Positions 36,879-50,160 of a stretch of DNA of 64,000 nt are shown here, piece after piece (positions within the stretch are counted from its first letter, which is position 1; each line of letters starts with the position of its first letter). Source of the DNA: Callorhinchus milii (taxonomy: Eukaryota). Both the position numbers and the translations under genes were made by a program. The notes beneath the pieces are model-generated. The model saw only the letters and a list, made by a program, of their open reading frames with translations, searched no databases and was not told the origin of the DNA. The DNA lies in assembly GCF_018977255.1 (NCBI RefSeq), contig NW_024704743.1, positions 109,866,001 to 109,930,000 of the forward strand, read 5' to 3'.

Positions 36879-39800
36879 TGAAAGCAACAATCACATCTTT
36901 GCACCTGTTTCCCTACTCCCCCCACCCCGTAAAAGGGAAAAAGAATCAAAAGTCAGAAAGGAAGGGATTGGTCAATGCAAAATGCGTGAGCTAGACTTGT
37001 GCATCATACCATGAGAACCATATGCCTCTGCATTCTCTCATAATCCTCAGCATTACAAAGGGAGATATTGCGCTAGTGTCATTTTCTCAGTCAGCCCTGT
37101 TACAGATTCTATACTTCAAAGCTGATGGTGAGAAGCTGTCTTCAGAGCACTTACCATTCCACATCCCATCTCTCCTAAACCTCTTCCTATTACAGCATCA
37201 AACTCTTTCCTAAACCAAGTCAGCCATCCTGGTTTTGACTTCCCTTCAATAATAATAATCCTTACATTTGATATAGCGCCTGTTCGACACGCTAGTTGGA
37301 CTGAATGGCTTGTTTCCTTGTTGTAATCCATGTAATTGCATCTTTGGAATCACTTCCCAGCTGCTGATTTACCTGTTGTATATACAGGAAGACATCTCGG
37401 TGGCTGTCCTAAAGTCCTCTTCACATCTCTTGACAGTTTGTCCATAAAATATACAGTCTATTCACTTTACAGTATATTCTCTGAAACGTTTTGAGACGTC
37501 TTGAAGACGTGATAAGGTGCTATATCAAATGCAACAATTATTATATTATCCCTGGACCCATACACTCCAATCCTGCTGCCTTGATCTCTGAGACGCCGTC
37601 CGGCGTGAAGGGTGCTACATAAATACAGTTGTTGTCTACCTGAACCTATTGTTTCAGTTTCACTTTTCAGCCTATTAAACTTCTGTACCTGCTTATAAAG
37701 TGACCCCTTTTTGATACATCGACCACAGTATAGTAGAAAACCTCATAGGTCTTAAGTAAATATTAATCCTTGCATTTGATAGAGCGCTTTATCACGTATT
37801 CAAGACGCTTCACAGGAAATACAGTAAAATATATTGACTGTGTGTTTTACAAGTGAAACACGGCAGCCAATTGCACACAGCAATGTCCCACAAATGCCCA
37901 AAACTGAGCGACGTTTTTTTTTATTTCATCTGAATACATCCCAGCTGGATCATTGTTGTGTCTTCACAGGGAGGTGCCTAATACTGTATTCAGGAGCAGG
38001 TTGCAATGTGCTACAGCTTGGAATATTTTCTCTTCAACACAGAACAGCCTATTTGCAGAACATAAGATATTGCTGGAATGTTAATGTCAATCAAACCTTT
38101 CTTTAAAAAAAATCCAAAGATGGACGTTTCTTCAAAGAAGCTTTGACCGTGCTATCGGTCCTTTTTCCCCTCTTTCAGTGCCTTGGAACGTCCCCACCAA
38201 CGTGAAAGGGGCTGTACAAATCTAATCTTGCTGTTCTTCTTCAGCCCCCACCCCCAGCTCAGGTGCTTGACCAGCAAGCTTAAGCGCTTTGAGACATCTT
38301 CCCGATGTGAGAGACGCTATACAATAACAAGAAATTACATTTATATAGCGCCTTTCAGATCAGGACATTCCTAGTCGCTGAACAGTCGAGGGGTTTGCAT
38401 GTGAGCTGGGGGTTGGATTTGAGAGGAGTGGAGGGCAAGATGGGGAAGGTTAGGGGATTGAAGGGTGACCGAAGGCACAATCAAAGAGACTGGCCTTGGA
38501 GGAGGCAAGGACGAGGGCGAGGCGAAGGGATTCCAGAGGGCAGAGGCAGAAAGGCTGAAGGCCCGACTAACAATGATGGGCCAGGCAGGGCGGAGGCCAT
38601 AGGGCATATAATATATAAATGTAATTTGTATATTACATGCTCCATGTTACATAAATGTAAATTGCATTGCATAATATCTTAGCAAGTTGGGATTATGTCT
38701 CAAAGCTCTTCACAGGATTTACTGTTAAATGTAGTGATTGTGCATTTTGTGGGTGAACGCAGCAGACATTTTGTGCATCCCAATGTTTCATAAACAGTCA
38801 CAAAGTGAATGACTGCCCCCTCTATTCCTATGTTCAGGTCTCAGCTGAAGACCTTTCTTTTCGACCGTACCTTTGGTCACTTTCCTCCCCCTCGCTTGGC
38901 CCCGGGATCCGTTACTGTGAAGCGCTCTGAGACGCCGTCTGGCATGGAGGGCGCTATATAAATCCAAGTTGTTGTTGTTGACCAATTTTATCTGGGGGAT
39001 TGTCATCCAGGATACCGGGAAGAAACTCCTTTCTCTTATCAAGTCGTCCAATGGGATCTTTCATGTCAGGATGAGAAATGATCGGTCATCAGGTAGCATA
39101 CTTACAAGAGTTGAAATAAATGCCATACATTTGAGTACAGAGGAAATGGTTTCGCTTCCAAGGGAAAAAAGCGCAGTGCAGATGTTTTGCTTTTTTGCCT
39201 GGACCATCGGGTCAGTTATTAATAGGAATGAATGGGATCATAGGTCACTTTGTCAAACAAGATACCATTAGTAATGCGAACTGCATTCAAGTTGTCACGA
39301 TCCAGGACGGTGAATAACCTGGAAAGTAGGTTCAAGCTCCGACACCCTCAATTAGCTAGGCGTCAGAGCCTGGCATTACTGAACTCTGGTCTAAATCTGC
39401 CCATTGCCATCCTGTACAAAGCCCAAGCTTTAAAAAGGCCAAAGTGGAACCTCGGGGCTAAGCTTGTGGATAAGATAAGACACTTGTGCCAAAGGGACAG
39501 CTGTAATATTTCTGTACACTCGCTGGCCTTTGCCAACGCCAACCTAGAACTATCCGGGATGACCTGTCCGCTTCCAACCCCTTAACCCCAAAACATATTT
39601 CAAAAAAGTATGAATGTTCTCTCTCACCAGCCCTCAAATTATCCTGGCTCAAACTTTCCTGGGAATTTGGAGGAATTGGCTCCTCATCTCATTGTTCTTT
39701 GGTGGGATGTTGCTGGATTCAGATTAGCTGCTACAGTTGCCTACATAACAGCACGCACTTCATTTCTAATCGATCAAGCATTTTGGAAGGAATGTGTCCA

Positions 39801-40146
39801 AATCTCAGCTTATTAGCAACATCCTACCGGGCAATGAAGGCCACGACTAGAGACATGCGGAGCAGCGGATCTCACTGAGAGCCACAGATGAAGGGGAGGA
39901 GGCAACAGATGGCTCTCAAGCAGTGCTAAATAGCGCCAGAGATGCAGAGAAGACAAGGAGCCAAGCTCTGTAATTTATCTCAAAGCAGGCTGACTTTGAA
40001 GGCTCACAACTTGGATATAGATTAACCGGATGGAAAATCTAATCTTTCTTAAAGGACGGATTCAATGTATTATCAAATCAGTTACTAAATGTCATGGCTT
40101 CATTCATTCCTAAAAGTCTAGTATTGGTAAGAAACACAGAAACATG

Positions 40147-40635
40147 TCAACAACAACTTAGATTTATATAGCGCCCTCCATGCCGGATGGCGTCTCAGAG
40201 CGCTTCACAGTAACGGATCCCGGGGCCGAGCCAGGGGGAGGGGGAGGAAGGTGACCAAAGGCGCAGTCAAAAAGAAAGGTCTTCAGCAGAGACCTGAAAA
40301 TAGGAAGAGAGGGGGCGAGGCGAAAGGAGTGAGGAAGGGAGTTCCAGAGCCTCGGGGCATAGTGGCTGAAGGCACAGCCGCCGAGGGTGGAGCGGAGGAC
40401 TCGGGGAACAAGGAGGAGGCCAGACTCGGTGGAACGAAGGCAACGGGCACTGTTGTGAGGAAAGAGGAGGTCAGAGAGGTAGGGGGGTGCAGAGGAGTGG
40501 AGGGATTTGAAGACAAGGAATGAGGATCTTGAAGTCGATCCTCTCTGGAACAGGCAGCCAGTGCAGTCTGGCAAGGACTGGGGTAATCGGGGAGCAGTTT
40601 GGTGCGGGTAAGAATGCGAGCGGCAGAGTTTTGTA
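40147..40635 (-). mobile_element. L2 3' fragment, second subfamily
   Basis: LHWLPVPERIDFKIL...APRLWNSLP...LKTFLFD with the variant tail gagacgccatccggcatggagggcgc. Confidence 0.88.
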
Positions 40636-40830
40636 TGATTTTTGTAAGCCTCCAACAATACAGTGCTCCCCAGCACAACGCTGCAGTAGCGGCCTAGATT
40701 TTGAACTCAAAAATTACGAGAGAGAGAGAGAGGGACAGAGAGAGTGAGAGAGAGGGATTCTGATGAAGACGCCCCTCAGCCCATTTGAGAATTATCCTTT
40801 CAGAATCTCCACCTGACAATGTAGTGCGGT

Positions 40831-41187
40831 GTGTCAGCCCGGCTCAGTTGGTCGCGCTCGTGCCTCTGAGTCAGAAGGTTGTGGGTTCAAAGCCCACATG
40901 GAGACTTGGAACTAGAATACAATGTGGGGGTTGTGATACAATGTTGAAGGTGCTATCTGCCAGTTTCAACAGACATTAAAGATCCCACGGCAATATTCAA
41001 AAAGAGAAAGGAATTTCTCCAAGTGCCATTTCATCGCTATTTGTGCGAAACCATTGTGCACACATTGGCTGCTATGTTACAAATACACAGTCACGACACT
41101 TCACAGTTAATGAAGCACTTTGGGACTTCTTGCCAACGTGAAAGGTGCTAAACCAAATGCAAGGATTATTATTTTTATTATTATTAT
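40831..41187 (+). mobile_element. Deu-domain SINE
   Basis: gtgtcagcccggctcagttggt...ctgagtcagaaggttgtgggttcaa head, Deu-like core and L2-like tail. Confidence 0.78.
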
Positions 41188-42199
41188 CCAGTTTAGATCT
41201 GGTTCAAGCAGAGTCCAATATCACGAAACAGTTCATTGTTCTCTGGCACTGGAGAGGTCCCACACTCAATCTGTAGTGAAATGAATCAATTTAATTCCCT
41301 GCCACCATCGGAAAGTAGTTCATTGGAGATGTGCCTGTTTTTAACTCTGATGTTGACTTTCTTGTTCCCCGGAGTTGCCGAGATGTCAAGCCCAGACAAG
41401 TAATTAATAAACCTTCAGTGACACCAACAGTGGACTCCAGATATTCTCTCTCTTTCTCTCTCTCTCTCTCTTCCCCAGTTTTGCACAAAATCTCCAATAT
41501 TTAAATCTTCTCAAGCACGGATTGCAGTGACAAGTGGCAGGTCAAGTTTACTATCAGCAACCAGCTCATCATCGCCTCCAGACTTGTGTTTCGTGAGGAA
41601 TCAGATTTTTATTCATCTGCCACATCTCCTCTCACACACATTACACAAACAAATGTGAGCCCCTACTCCCCCTTTACCCATTGCCAATGCAAAGATCACT
41701 CTGTACAGTCACACATTAGGAAATTAAGATAAGGTACTGGGGAGCTCCGTTATTATTGTCAGCATTTGAAGATCACTGAGCTATACAGCACAGAAATAGG
41801 CTCTCCGGTTCATAGCGACTCCACTGGTACTTTTCTCCACTTGAGCTACATGGTCTTAATTCCACTCTCCCATTCACAACACCCCTCCCCAAAACAATGC
41901 AATGGGATAAAAAAATTCACCTGGGTCTCGATCTACTTTGTTGGCATTTCAGAAAGTCTAGAATTAGCTAATCTTAAACACAGCCTTAATTTTGAGCCTA
42001 TTTTCTCATTAACTTTTTGAAGCTGCTTTTTTAACCACAGATACACTGGTCTTCCCCACAAAGCTCAAGCTGTGGCTTTTGGTTTTCAGATTGGGGAACT
42101 GAAAAGCTCGACTCACAAAACCGCAAGATAGATTTACACAAAGAAGATTTGAATACCTGCCCTCCCATCAAACGGTTTATTAAGTAAACGGTAATAAAA

Positions 42200-42566
42200 T
42201 AATAATCCTTCATTTGATGTACCACCTTAATCACGTCGCTTCGCTTCACGGGATTCACTGTAAAGTGTAGTGACTGTGTATTCGTAGGTGAACGCAGCAG
42301 TCAATTTGTGCACAGCAATGTCCCACAAACAGCGTTGAAGGGAATGACCAATTTTATTTCGGGGGTTGTTGGCCTGGACACTGCAAAGAGAAACTCCCTT
42401 CTCTGTTTGTATAGTGCCATGGGGTTTCTGACATCTCACCTGAGGAATGGACCTCCACTACCTGTCATTGCACCAGAGTGTCACCCTAGATCAGAAACTC
42501 AAAGTGAACCAGAACCCACAACCTTCTGACTCAAGAGGTGAGTACTACCAACTGAGCTAGACTGAA
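42200..42566 (-). mobile_element. Deu-domain SINE
   Basis: Same head, core and tail on the minus strand. Confidence 0.75.
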
Positions 42567-42696
42567 TCTAACACCCTGGCCTCCAGCACTGATCAACCCA
42601 GCAGTTGATTTTGCTCGCTCTATGTAAAAAAAAAATTTGCTAATGTTTATCCTACATTTCATCTCCCTCAACCTATGCTCTTCGCTTGGTGCAGTG

Positions 42697-42789
42697 CTAT
42701 ATCTGACACAATCATTCCCGGTTTACTCTCTGAATCCTACGACACATAGGATTCAGAGAGTAATCCGGGAATGATAGTGTCAGATATAG
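42697..42789. repeat. Inverted repeat with 43-bp arms and 7-nt loop
   Basis: 42697-42739 versus the reverse complement of 42747-42789: 41 of 43 positions match. Confidence 0.95.
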
Positions 42790-42918
42790 ACACCTAGACG
42801 TTCTCTATAATTTTCTTCTAACATCTTCTTGATATGGTTTGCACTTTAACCACTTTGCTTAATCCCACTCAACATCTTTATTGAACTCAATGAGCCATGG
42901 AACCAAAAATCTAAGCAC

Positions 42919-42932
42919 GCACCATCTAGTGG
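42919..42932 (-). promoter_or_regulatory. CTCF-binding motif
   Basis: Minus strand CCACTAGATGGTGC, a good match to the CTCF core. Confidence 0.5.
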
Positions 42933-43601
42933 GCACACAGCATCACTACATCTTACTTTTTTTATAGAAAAAATGCCTGAGCATTACATTTACATAAGTT
43001 CTGTGTAATCTTTTTCAACATTATTCTCTCAGACATTGGTTGGCATCAAGCCAAAGGCATCCAAATTTACAGATGACAACAAACTTGAAGAAATGACGAA
43101 AATCAACTTGCACAAACCCACAGAAGAGGGATTTCAGGAAATTGGCAGCAAGGTGGCAGATATAGTTTAGTACAGAATTGACAGGTTATAATAATCCTTG
43201 CATTTGATGTAGTGCCTTATCGTGTCTTCCAGATGACCCAAAGCGCTTCACAGACTATACTGGAAAGTGAATTGACTATATTTTGTAGGTGAAATATAGT
43301 CGCCCACAAAATATAAAAAGTTATGAGATTTAGCAGAAAGTAAGGGAAGTGAGGCACATTACAGACCAACTTTACTTCTGCATTGATGTGGGTAAGGGAG
43401 AACACACATACTGTGTATCTTTTACTGTCAACTTAGGATCTGAGCCCAACTCAGACGTTTGGTTCCAACTTCTTGCCACATTCTGTCTGATATCTCATGT
43501 CCTATTTGAACTTTCCTTCCTATCCCAAAGGATATCTTACTATATGTGCTTCCGCATCAGGCCACTATATAATGCCTCTGGCTAACATGGGAATAACACC
43601 A

Positions 43602-44100
43602 CCACCACAAATTACATTTGTATAGCGCCTTTCACATCGGGAGGTCATCCAAGATTCTGGACAGTCAGGGATTTGGAGACGAGCTGGTGGTTGAGATCAG
43701 GAGGGGTGGAGGGCAGCGAGGGTAGGGGTAGGAGGGTGGCTGAAGGAGAGGTCAAAGAGGAGTCTTGAGACTTGCCTTGAAGGAAGCAAGGGAGGGATCA
43801 AGGCGTAGGGAATGTGGGAAGGAGTTTCAAAGGGTAGGCTGAAGCCAACCCTCAATGGTGGGGCATGCCGGGAGGGGGATGAGGAGCAGGCTGATATGGC
43901 GTTACCAGGTCACAGAGGTAGGAAGGTCATGAAGGGCTTTGAAGGCTAGGAAGAGGATTCCCCAAGAGTGGGGTTGATAGGATCACGGAGCTGGTGCGGG
44001 AGAGTACACAAGCTGCAGAGTTCTGAATGATCTGCAGCTTGTGGAGGGAAGAGTTGGGAAGGCCGACAAGCAGGGAGTTGGCGTTGGCGAGCCTAGATGT
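43602..44100 (-). mobile_element. Decayed L2 3' fragment
   Basis: L2 tail and an LHKLQIIQNSAA-like segment. Confidence 0.8.
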
Positions 44101-44687
44101 AACAAATGAATAGACAGGACAAGAGCATTGTGGTCCACCTATTGAGTCCCTGTGTAATAAAACAAATATTATACAGTTCTCTCTCTCACACGCTATTATT
44201 CCAGTGCTTTGCTCACCAGACTCCCAGCTCCTTCCTACAAAAACCTATCCAGGACTCTGCGGTTCATGGCCTTCCACATCAGGTAAGTCTATCACTCCCA
44301 GTCACTAAAAGGATGATGAAAAGATAATTCAAGAAGCAAGAGAATCAAGTTGGTCTCAAGTACAATTCACAAATCAACATTGACTATAGCCAGAGCCTCT
44401 ACCATTTTATCAATAACCTCCCTCAGCAGTCTGGGCTTTGGACCGTTCGAGTCTGGTGATTTATCTTTTAAGTTGTAACCACTGTGCCATTCTTCAAATT
44501 CTTATAGCCTAGACTAACATTCCAGCACAATAATAGGGGTGCACTGCACTGTCAGAGGTGCCATCCTTTGGATGAGACGTTCAACTGTTTACCTGTTCAG
44601 GTGGATATTAAATGCTTTTGGTCACCCGGGTATCTGAAACATTCAGAAACCCATTACCATGCTTAAGAGTATCCAAACCAACCTGAG

Positions 44688-45062
44688 ATAATAACATTCC
44701 TTGCATTTGATATAGGGCCTTATTAAGTCTTCGAGACATCTCAATGCGCTTCATAGAATATACTGTAAAGTAAATTGACTGCATATTTTGTGAGTGAAAC
44801 GAGGCAGCCAATTGCACAGAGCAGTGTCCCACAAACAGTCATGGATTTAGTGACTAAATTATTATTTATTTTATTTTGGGGGGGATTTTATCCCCGGGAA
44901 AGCATTCCGCCAATCAACTAACAAACAGTTTCCTACTTACTGCTAGGTAAACAGAGGCGTGTGGAGTAAGGAAACTTGTCCAACGTTTCGCCCTGGTGGG
45001 AATCGAACCCAGGTCATCTCACTTGTGAGGCGAGTGCTCTAACCACTGAGCTATAGGACTCC
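44688..45062 (-). mobile_element. tRNA-derived SINE, near full length
   Basis: A box tagctcagtgg, B box ggttcgattcc, shared body and tail. Confidence 0.88.
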
Positions 45063-45769
45063 AATATCCAGAACTTAATATTAAACACAAGGCACACAAA
45101 TCATTTCATGAATGAGGCTTGATGTTTATTGATTAGTTAGAGCAGCAAAAGCACTGAAAGCAACGTATCTTCCTCACAACATGATTTAAGATGTCGGTCT
45201 TTGGCAAAATGACCTTTTGACTAGTGCCATTTTTAATGCTGGACTCATTTCTCGGCATCCTTCTTATGAAGGTTCTTACTTGGTAGGTTGCTTGTTTACG
45301 ATGCTTCTTCCTACGCCCTAAGTTGAGGCACCCTGTGTGTCCCCTTCAGCAGTAAAAATCTGGTATGCACGGCTTCATGCTTGAGTTGCTTCAGATCTGC
45401 ACTTTGTCCATTATGATGGGAACCATTTTTGTAAAGTCATTACACTCATGGACAAGATATCACTGCCTTACAAGTGGGCATTTTTGGAAACTATAGATAC
45501 ACATTTCTTGAACATGTAGTTACGTTTAAAATACTAAGAATGTTAATTTGAATAGTTACAGCCCCTACCAAGAATTGGTCGGAGGAGCTCAGTTTAGGCC
45601 GAGCGAAGCCAATTTCCCATTTGCGCCACTTCCACCATCCCAACAATCCCCGCGGAAACCCATCACCATGCTTAAAAGAGTATCGAAACTAAGCTGATAT
45701 TTCCATGTACCCCACCTCCACATGGAAAACCAAGAATTTCCTTTAGCTGAACGTTGACAAGATGGAAGC

Positions 45770-46367
45770 CACCAATACCTCACTCCAAAGGCTGCTGAAA
45801 CCCTGGTCCATGCCTCGTCATCTCTCGGCTGCACTATTCAAACGTCCTCTTCGCCAGCCTACCATCCATAAAATCCAGATTATTCAAAACTCTGCCGCCC
45901 GCATTCTCGCCCGCACCAAACTCCGCTCCATGATTACCCCAGTTCTTGCCAGACTGCACTGGCTGCCTATCCCAGAGAGGATCGATTTCAAGATCCTCAC
46001 CCCTGTTTTCAAATCCCTCCACTCCTCCGCACCCCCCTACCTCTCTGACCTCCTCTCTCCTCAAAACAGTGCCCGTGGCCTTCGTTTCTCCGGGTCTGGT
46101 CTCCTCGTCCCCTGAATCCTCCGCTCCACCGTTGGCGGCTGTGCCTTCAGCCACTACGCCCTGAGGCTCTGGAACTCCCTTCCTCACTCCCTTCGTCTCG
46201 CTCCCTCTCTTCCTACTTTCAGGTCTCTGCTGAAGACCTTTCTTTTCGACCGCGCCTTTGGTCACTTTCTTCCCCCCTGGCTCAGTCCTTGGATCCTTTA
46301 CTGCGAAGAGCTTTGAGATGCCGTCTGGCGTGGAGGGCGCTATATAAATCCAAGTTGTTGTTGTTGT
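45770..46367 (+). mobile_element. L2 3' fragment, second subfamily
   Basis: IQNSAARILARTK...LHWLPIPERIDFKIL and a (TTG)n tail. Confidence 0.9.
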
Positions 46368-47510
46368 AATGCGTGCGTGTATAAGGGTTTCGGCTGTCTG
46401 AGGGGTGAGACACGGGCGGAGTCGGGCAGTGTTGCGAAGATAGGGGAGGCAAGAAATATTACTGAAACAAAATTTTCTTCAATATTCATGAAATATTGAT
46501 ATGCGCAAATCCCAATATGAGTACAAGTTGCCTTTACTTCCAGTGTGTTAGCATCAGGGGATTGGGAGAGATTGAGGCTCATGTGGAGTATAAACATCGA
46601 CACAAAACTTCTTGGACTGAATGGACTGTTTCCTTTCTCTAACATTCTATGTAGTTCTATCACTCCTCACCGCTGTATCAGCCCTGGGCTACTTTCCAGT
46701 TACATTTTGACCCAATCTTGCCTTTCACTCAGTTCTCATCACAAACCTCCTTTAACTCCTGGTCGCAATATTTGTGCCTTACCCAACTCATCACTTAACT
46801 ATTTCCCACGATGGTGCAACACCCACATGACTTGGTTGGAAAGCGCCTTTCTTATTTCCAAAAGCTAATGGTGAGGTTATGGAATGAGCTGTTGGCTGTT
46901 AGTTACAGTGTTTGCAAAGTAAACTAAGCCGGACTTACATACCGCAGGACATGAAACACACCTCTCAGCTGTGCTGTTACAGCCTTGTAACCCACTGAGA
47001 TAACTCAGGCTGCAAATTAAATTTAGAACAACACGCCAAATTTCCTGGTCTGTGTATTGGATTGCAACTACCACATTACACAACATTTCTGTTGCCTGCA
47101 ACAAACAAAACAAAAACAACAGTTTGTGTTCAATATCCCCACACTAGTCACTCTCTCTCTCTCTCCCTTTCTCCTATCTCAGCACAGTGCAGGAACCAAT
47201 GGCCTGCAAAACAGAAAGATTTATTCAGGGGAGAACTAACTACGTACTTATGCTAACAGAAAGCAATGCCCTGGGAAGGAGAGGCAGTGATGAGACAGAC
47301 ATCCTTTCTCTGCCATAAGTAGATATGAGCAAAATGACTCATTATATTGGAGAGAGAGCTGGAGGGGGGGGGGGGAAGAGAAACAAGAGAGGAATAAAGC
47401 AGCCAACTGCTGCAAAAGATAACCCCTGTCAAGTATGCAACCAAAGGCATCGCAGGTTTGCTACCGGCTGAAGGAATAAATATGCATTTTGATATAAAAC
47501 AAGCACCTAC

Positions 47511-47700
47511 CCCTGTGGTGACTGGGTTCTGCCAGAGCTCAGAGGCAACCAGGAACAATCCCAGTGGCCCGCTCCCACGTGACCGGCGTCGCGCGGCGCA
47601 CGCCGGGGCTCGTAGTTCGCTCCGGGAAGAAAGTGGCCGTCACCGAGACTTCACGCGCGACCAGACTACAACTCCCAGCAAGCCCCGCGGCCACTGTGCT
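47511..47700 (-). promoter_or_regulatory. CpG-rich promoter and candidate non-coding first exon, probably of TSNARE1
   Basis: Densest CpG patch in the window. It contains ACTACAACTCCCAGCAAGCC (47665-47684, ACTACA plus ZNF143/Staf site) and CACGTG (47576-47581). A minus-strand donor CAGGG|GTAGGT (exon end 47511) points toward the TSNARE1 coding exon. The link to TSNARE1 is inferred. Confidence 0.6.
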
Positions 47701-48399
47701 CCTTCACCCAGCCTCAAGGCTTCAGTGCTGTGGGTCATTTCAATGTACCTTTACCTTTTCCAGGAAATGTTTGCAATTAGTGATGAATGACCCAGGGAAT
47801 TCCTGGTTTAGCCATTTCCTGTCCATGTTTTTTTTTTGTTTCTTGACCGAATCCTTTGGGCAATTGCAGAATCCCAAATATTGTACTTTTGAAAAAAAAA
47901 CAACCTGTGCTTAATAATAATAACAACAACAAAATTACATTTGTATAGCGCCTTTCACATCGGAAGGATGATGGCCCGAAGTGCCATCTCTCCCAAAACG
48001 CCCTCATCCATTGCTCCTGCTCACTTCTCCTTTCTTTCCGTCCTCTCCCTCCTAGACTGTCCCACATCTCCTCTCTCCGTTCTCGCCTGGGAATCCTCCA
48101 CTGGGCTCGTGGTGGCACACAACATTGACTGTCCAACAGCAGCCACCCTGACTGCCCCATCCCCAATAATAAGCTTTCAATTTAACATGGAGTGACATAG
48201 TTTGTCCGAATAGCCTGGTTCATTGAAGTAGATTTTATGTAAATCTATGCAACACTCTTATTGCTTATCAGATATTATCTTATAACATTTAAGACAATAG
48301 TTTTAAAGATTGAGGATTTTCAGATTTTTCTAACCTATCAAAGAATATTTTCATGCTCTTCCCGCTGCTTTTCCTCAGTGAGTCCTGTACGACCAAAAC

Positions 48400-49275
48400 A
48401 ATTTCCTCCCAGTTTCCTTAACGCTGTGCATAGTGCACTGCACAATTGTTCATCTTTTCCACTAAACATATCTTTCCCTCCCCTCTCAGCATTCCGAAGG
48501 GATCTTTCCCTCCGTCACTCCCTGGTTCATTCCTCCATCACCAACAATTCCTCTGCTCTCCCTGATACCTTCCCATGCCAGCACAGGAGATACAATACCT
48601 GCCCTTTCACCTCCTCCCATACCACTGTCCAAAGCCCCAAACATAGATTTCAGAGACAGTGATTTATGTGTACTATCACCAATGTAGTTTACTGTATTCG
48701 CTGCTCACGATGTGGTCTCCTCTACATTGGGGAGACGAAACGCAGATTGGGTGATGGATTTGCCGAACACCTCCGTTCTGTCCGCAAGCACAACCCTGAG
48801 CTTCCAGTTTCTTGACACTTCAACTCTCCCTCCCACTCGCACTTCAACTCTCCATCCACGGTCTCCTTCGCTGGTTCCAATGAGCTACAGCGCAAGTTCG
48901 AGAAACAGCACCTCATTTAATTGCTAGGGACCTTACAGCCCTCTGATCTCAATATTGATTTCAACAATTTCAGAGCATAACAGCTCACATTCCCCCTCCC
49001 ACTTCCCACTACTTTCGTGCAATCCCCCACTTTGTTCTGCATCATTAACACCGCTTTAACCCGTCATCCCCTGTCCTCTACCCCATTTTCTTTTTTGTCT
49101 TCCTTGCCCTGCCTATCTGTTTGTCTGTTTGTCTCTGTTTGTCCTCAAAAACTTCTCCCTCCCAACATGCCCCAGTTCTGACGAACGGTCATGGCCCTGA
49201 AACATTGACTCACTTTCCTTTCTCCATAGATGTTGCCTGACCTGCTGAGTGTTCCCAGCGCCTTCTGTTTTTGTG
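48400..49275 (+). mobile_element. Penelope-like element 3' part (GIY-YIG endonuclease plus terminal region), decayed
   Basis: Translates to PPLSAFRRDLSLRHSLVHSS...FPCQHRRYNTCP...NVVYCIRCSRCGLLYIGETKRRL...FAEHLRSVRK, followed by the tail ctgacgaa...gaaac...atagatgttgcctgacctgctgagt. Confidence 0.9.
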
Positions 49276-49740
49276 TTCATCTTATTAGCTTATTTGACTT
49301 GTAATGGTCTAAGCTTCAACAGGCTCTTGTAGCAAAGCATTCTTTGACCCAATAACTATACATGAATCATAATAATAATAATAATCCTTGCATTTGATAT
49401 AGCGCTTTTCACGTCTTCTTAAAGTCTCAAAGCACTTCACAGAATAGACTGTAAAGTGAAGTGACCATATATTTGTGGGCGAAACGCGGCAGCCAATTGC
49501 GCACAGCAGTGTCCCACAAACAGTCATGGATTGAAAATTACCAATTTATTATTTTTTTTAATCAAAACATCTTCTAACCTTCCCTTTAACTCACCCGAGC
49601 TTGTGCCATCACACTATTGGTATAATAAACTCAGCACCTTTTGAAAAAAGAATCAAGATAAATGGGGGGAAATTCCCCCTGGATCTAGATTTACCCTATT
49701 TATGTAGTATTTCAGAGTATTTTGAATTTAGCATAAATGG

Positions 49741-50160
49741 TGTGACAGTCTGGCACAGCTGGTAGCTCTCTTGCCTCTGTGTCAGAAGGTTTGGAACCAA
49801 ACGTCATATAGGCACTTTGAGTTTGTGCTCTCGACTAATATTTCAATACAATGCTGGGGGATCTTTGCATCATTCAAATGAGATGTTAATCTGAAGGGAC
49901 ATCTCATCAGCCTCTTCTGGTGGATGTTAAAAATCCCATGGCCTTCTTCCAAAAAAAGAAGAGAGTTTCTCCCAGTGTCCAAGCCAACAATCCCTCAAAC
50001 AAAATTGGTCATTCATGGCTGGGAAATTGCTATGCGCAAATTGTCTACCACATTCCCCTACAAAATATACAGTCACTACATTTTACAGAAAGCCTCTGTG
50101 AAACCGTTTGAGACCTTTTGACAATAATAAGGCACTATATCAAATAGCTATTATTATTAC
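49741..50160 (+). mobile_element. Deu-domain SINE
   Basis: Head, gttaaaaatcccatggcc core and tail. Confidence 0.75.

Noticed and set aside
44995..45062. tRNA gene
   Set aside because: The A/B boxes run directly into a SINE body and tail repeated across the window, so this is a SINE head.
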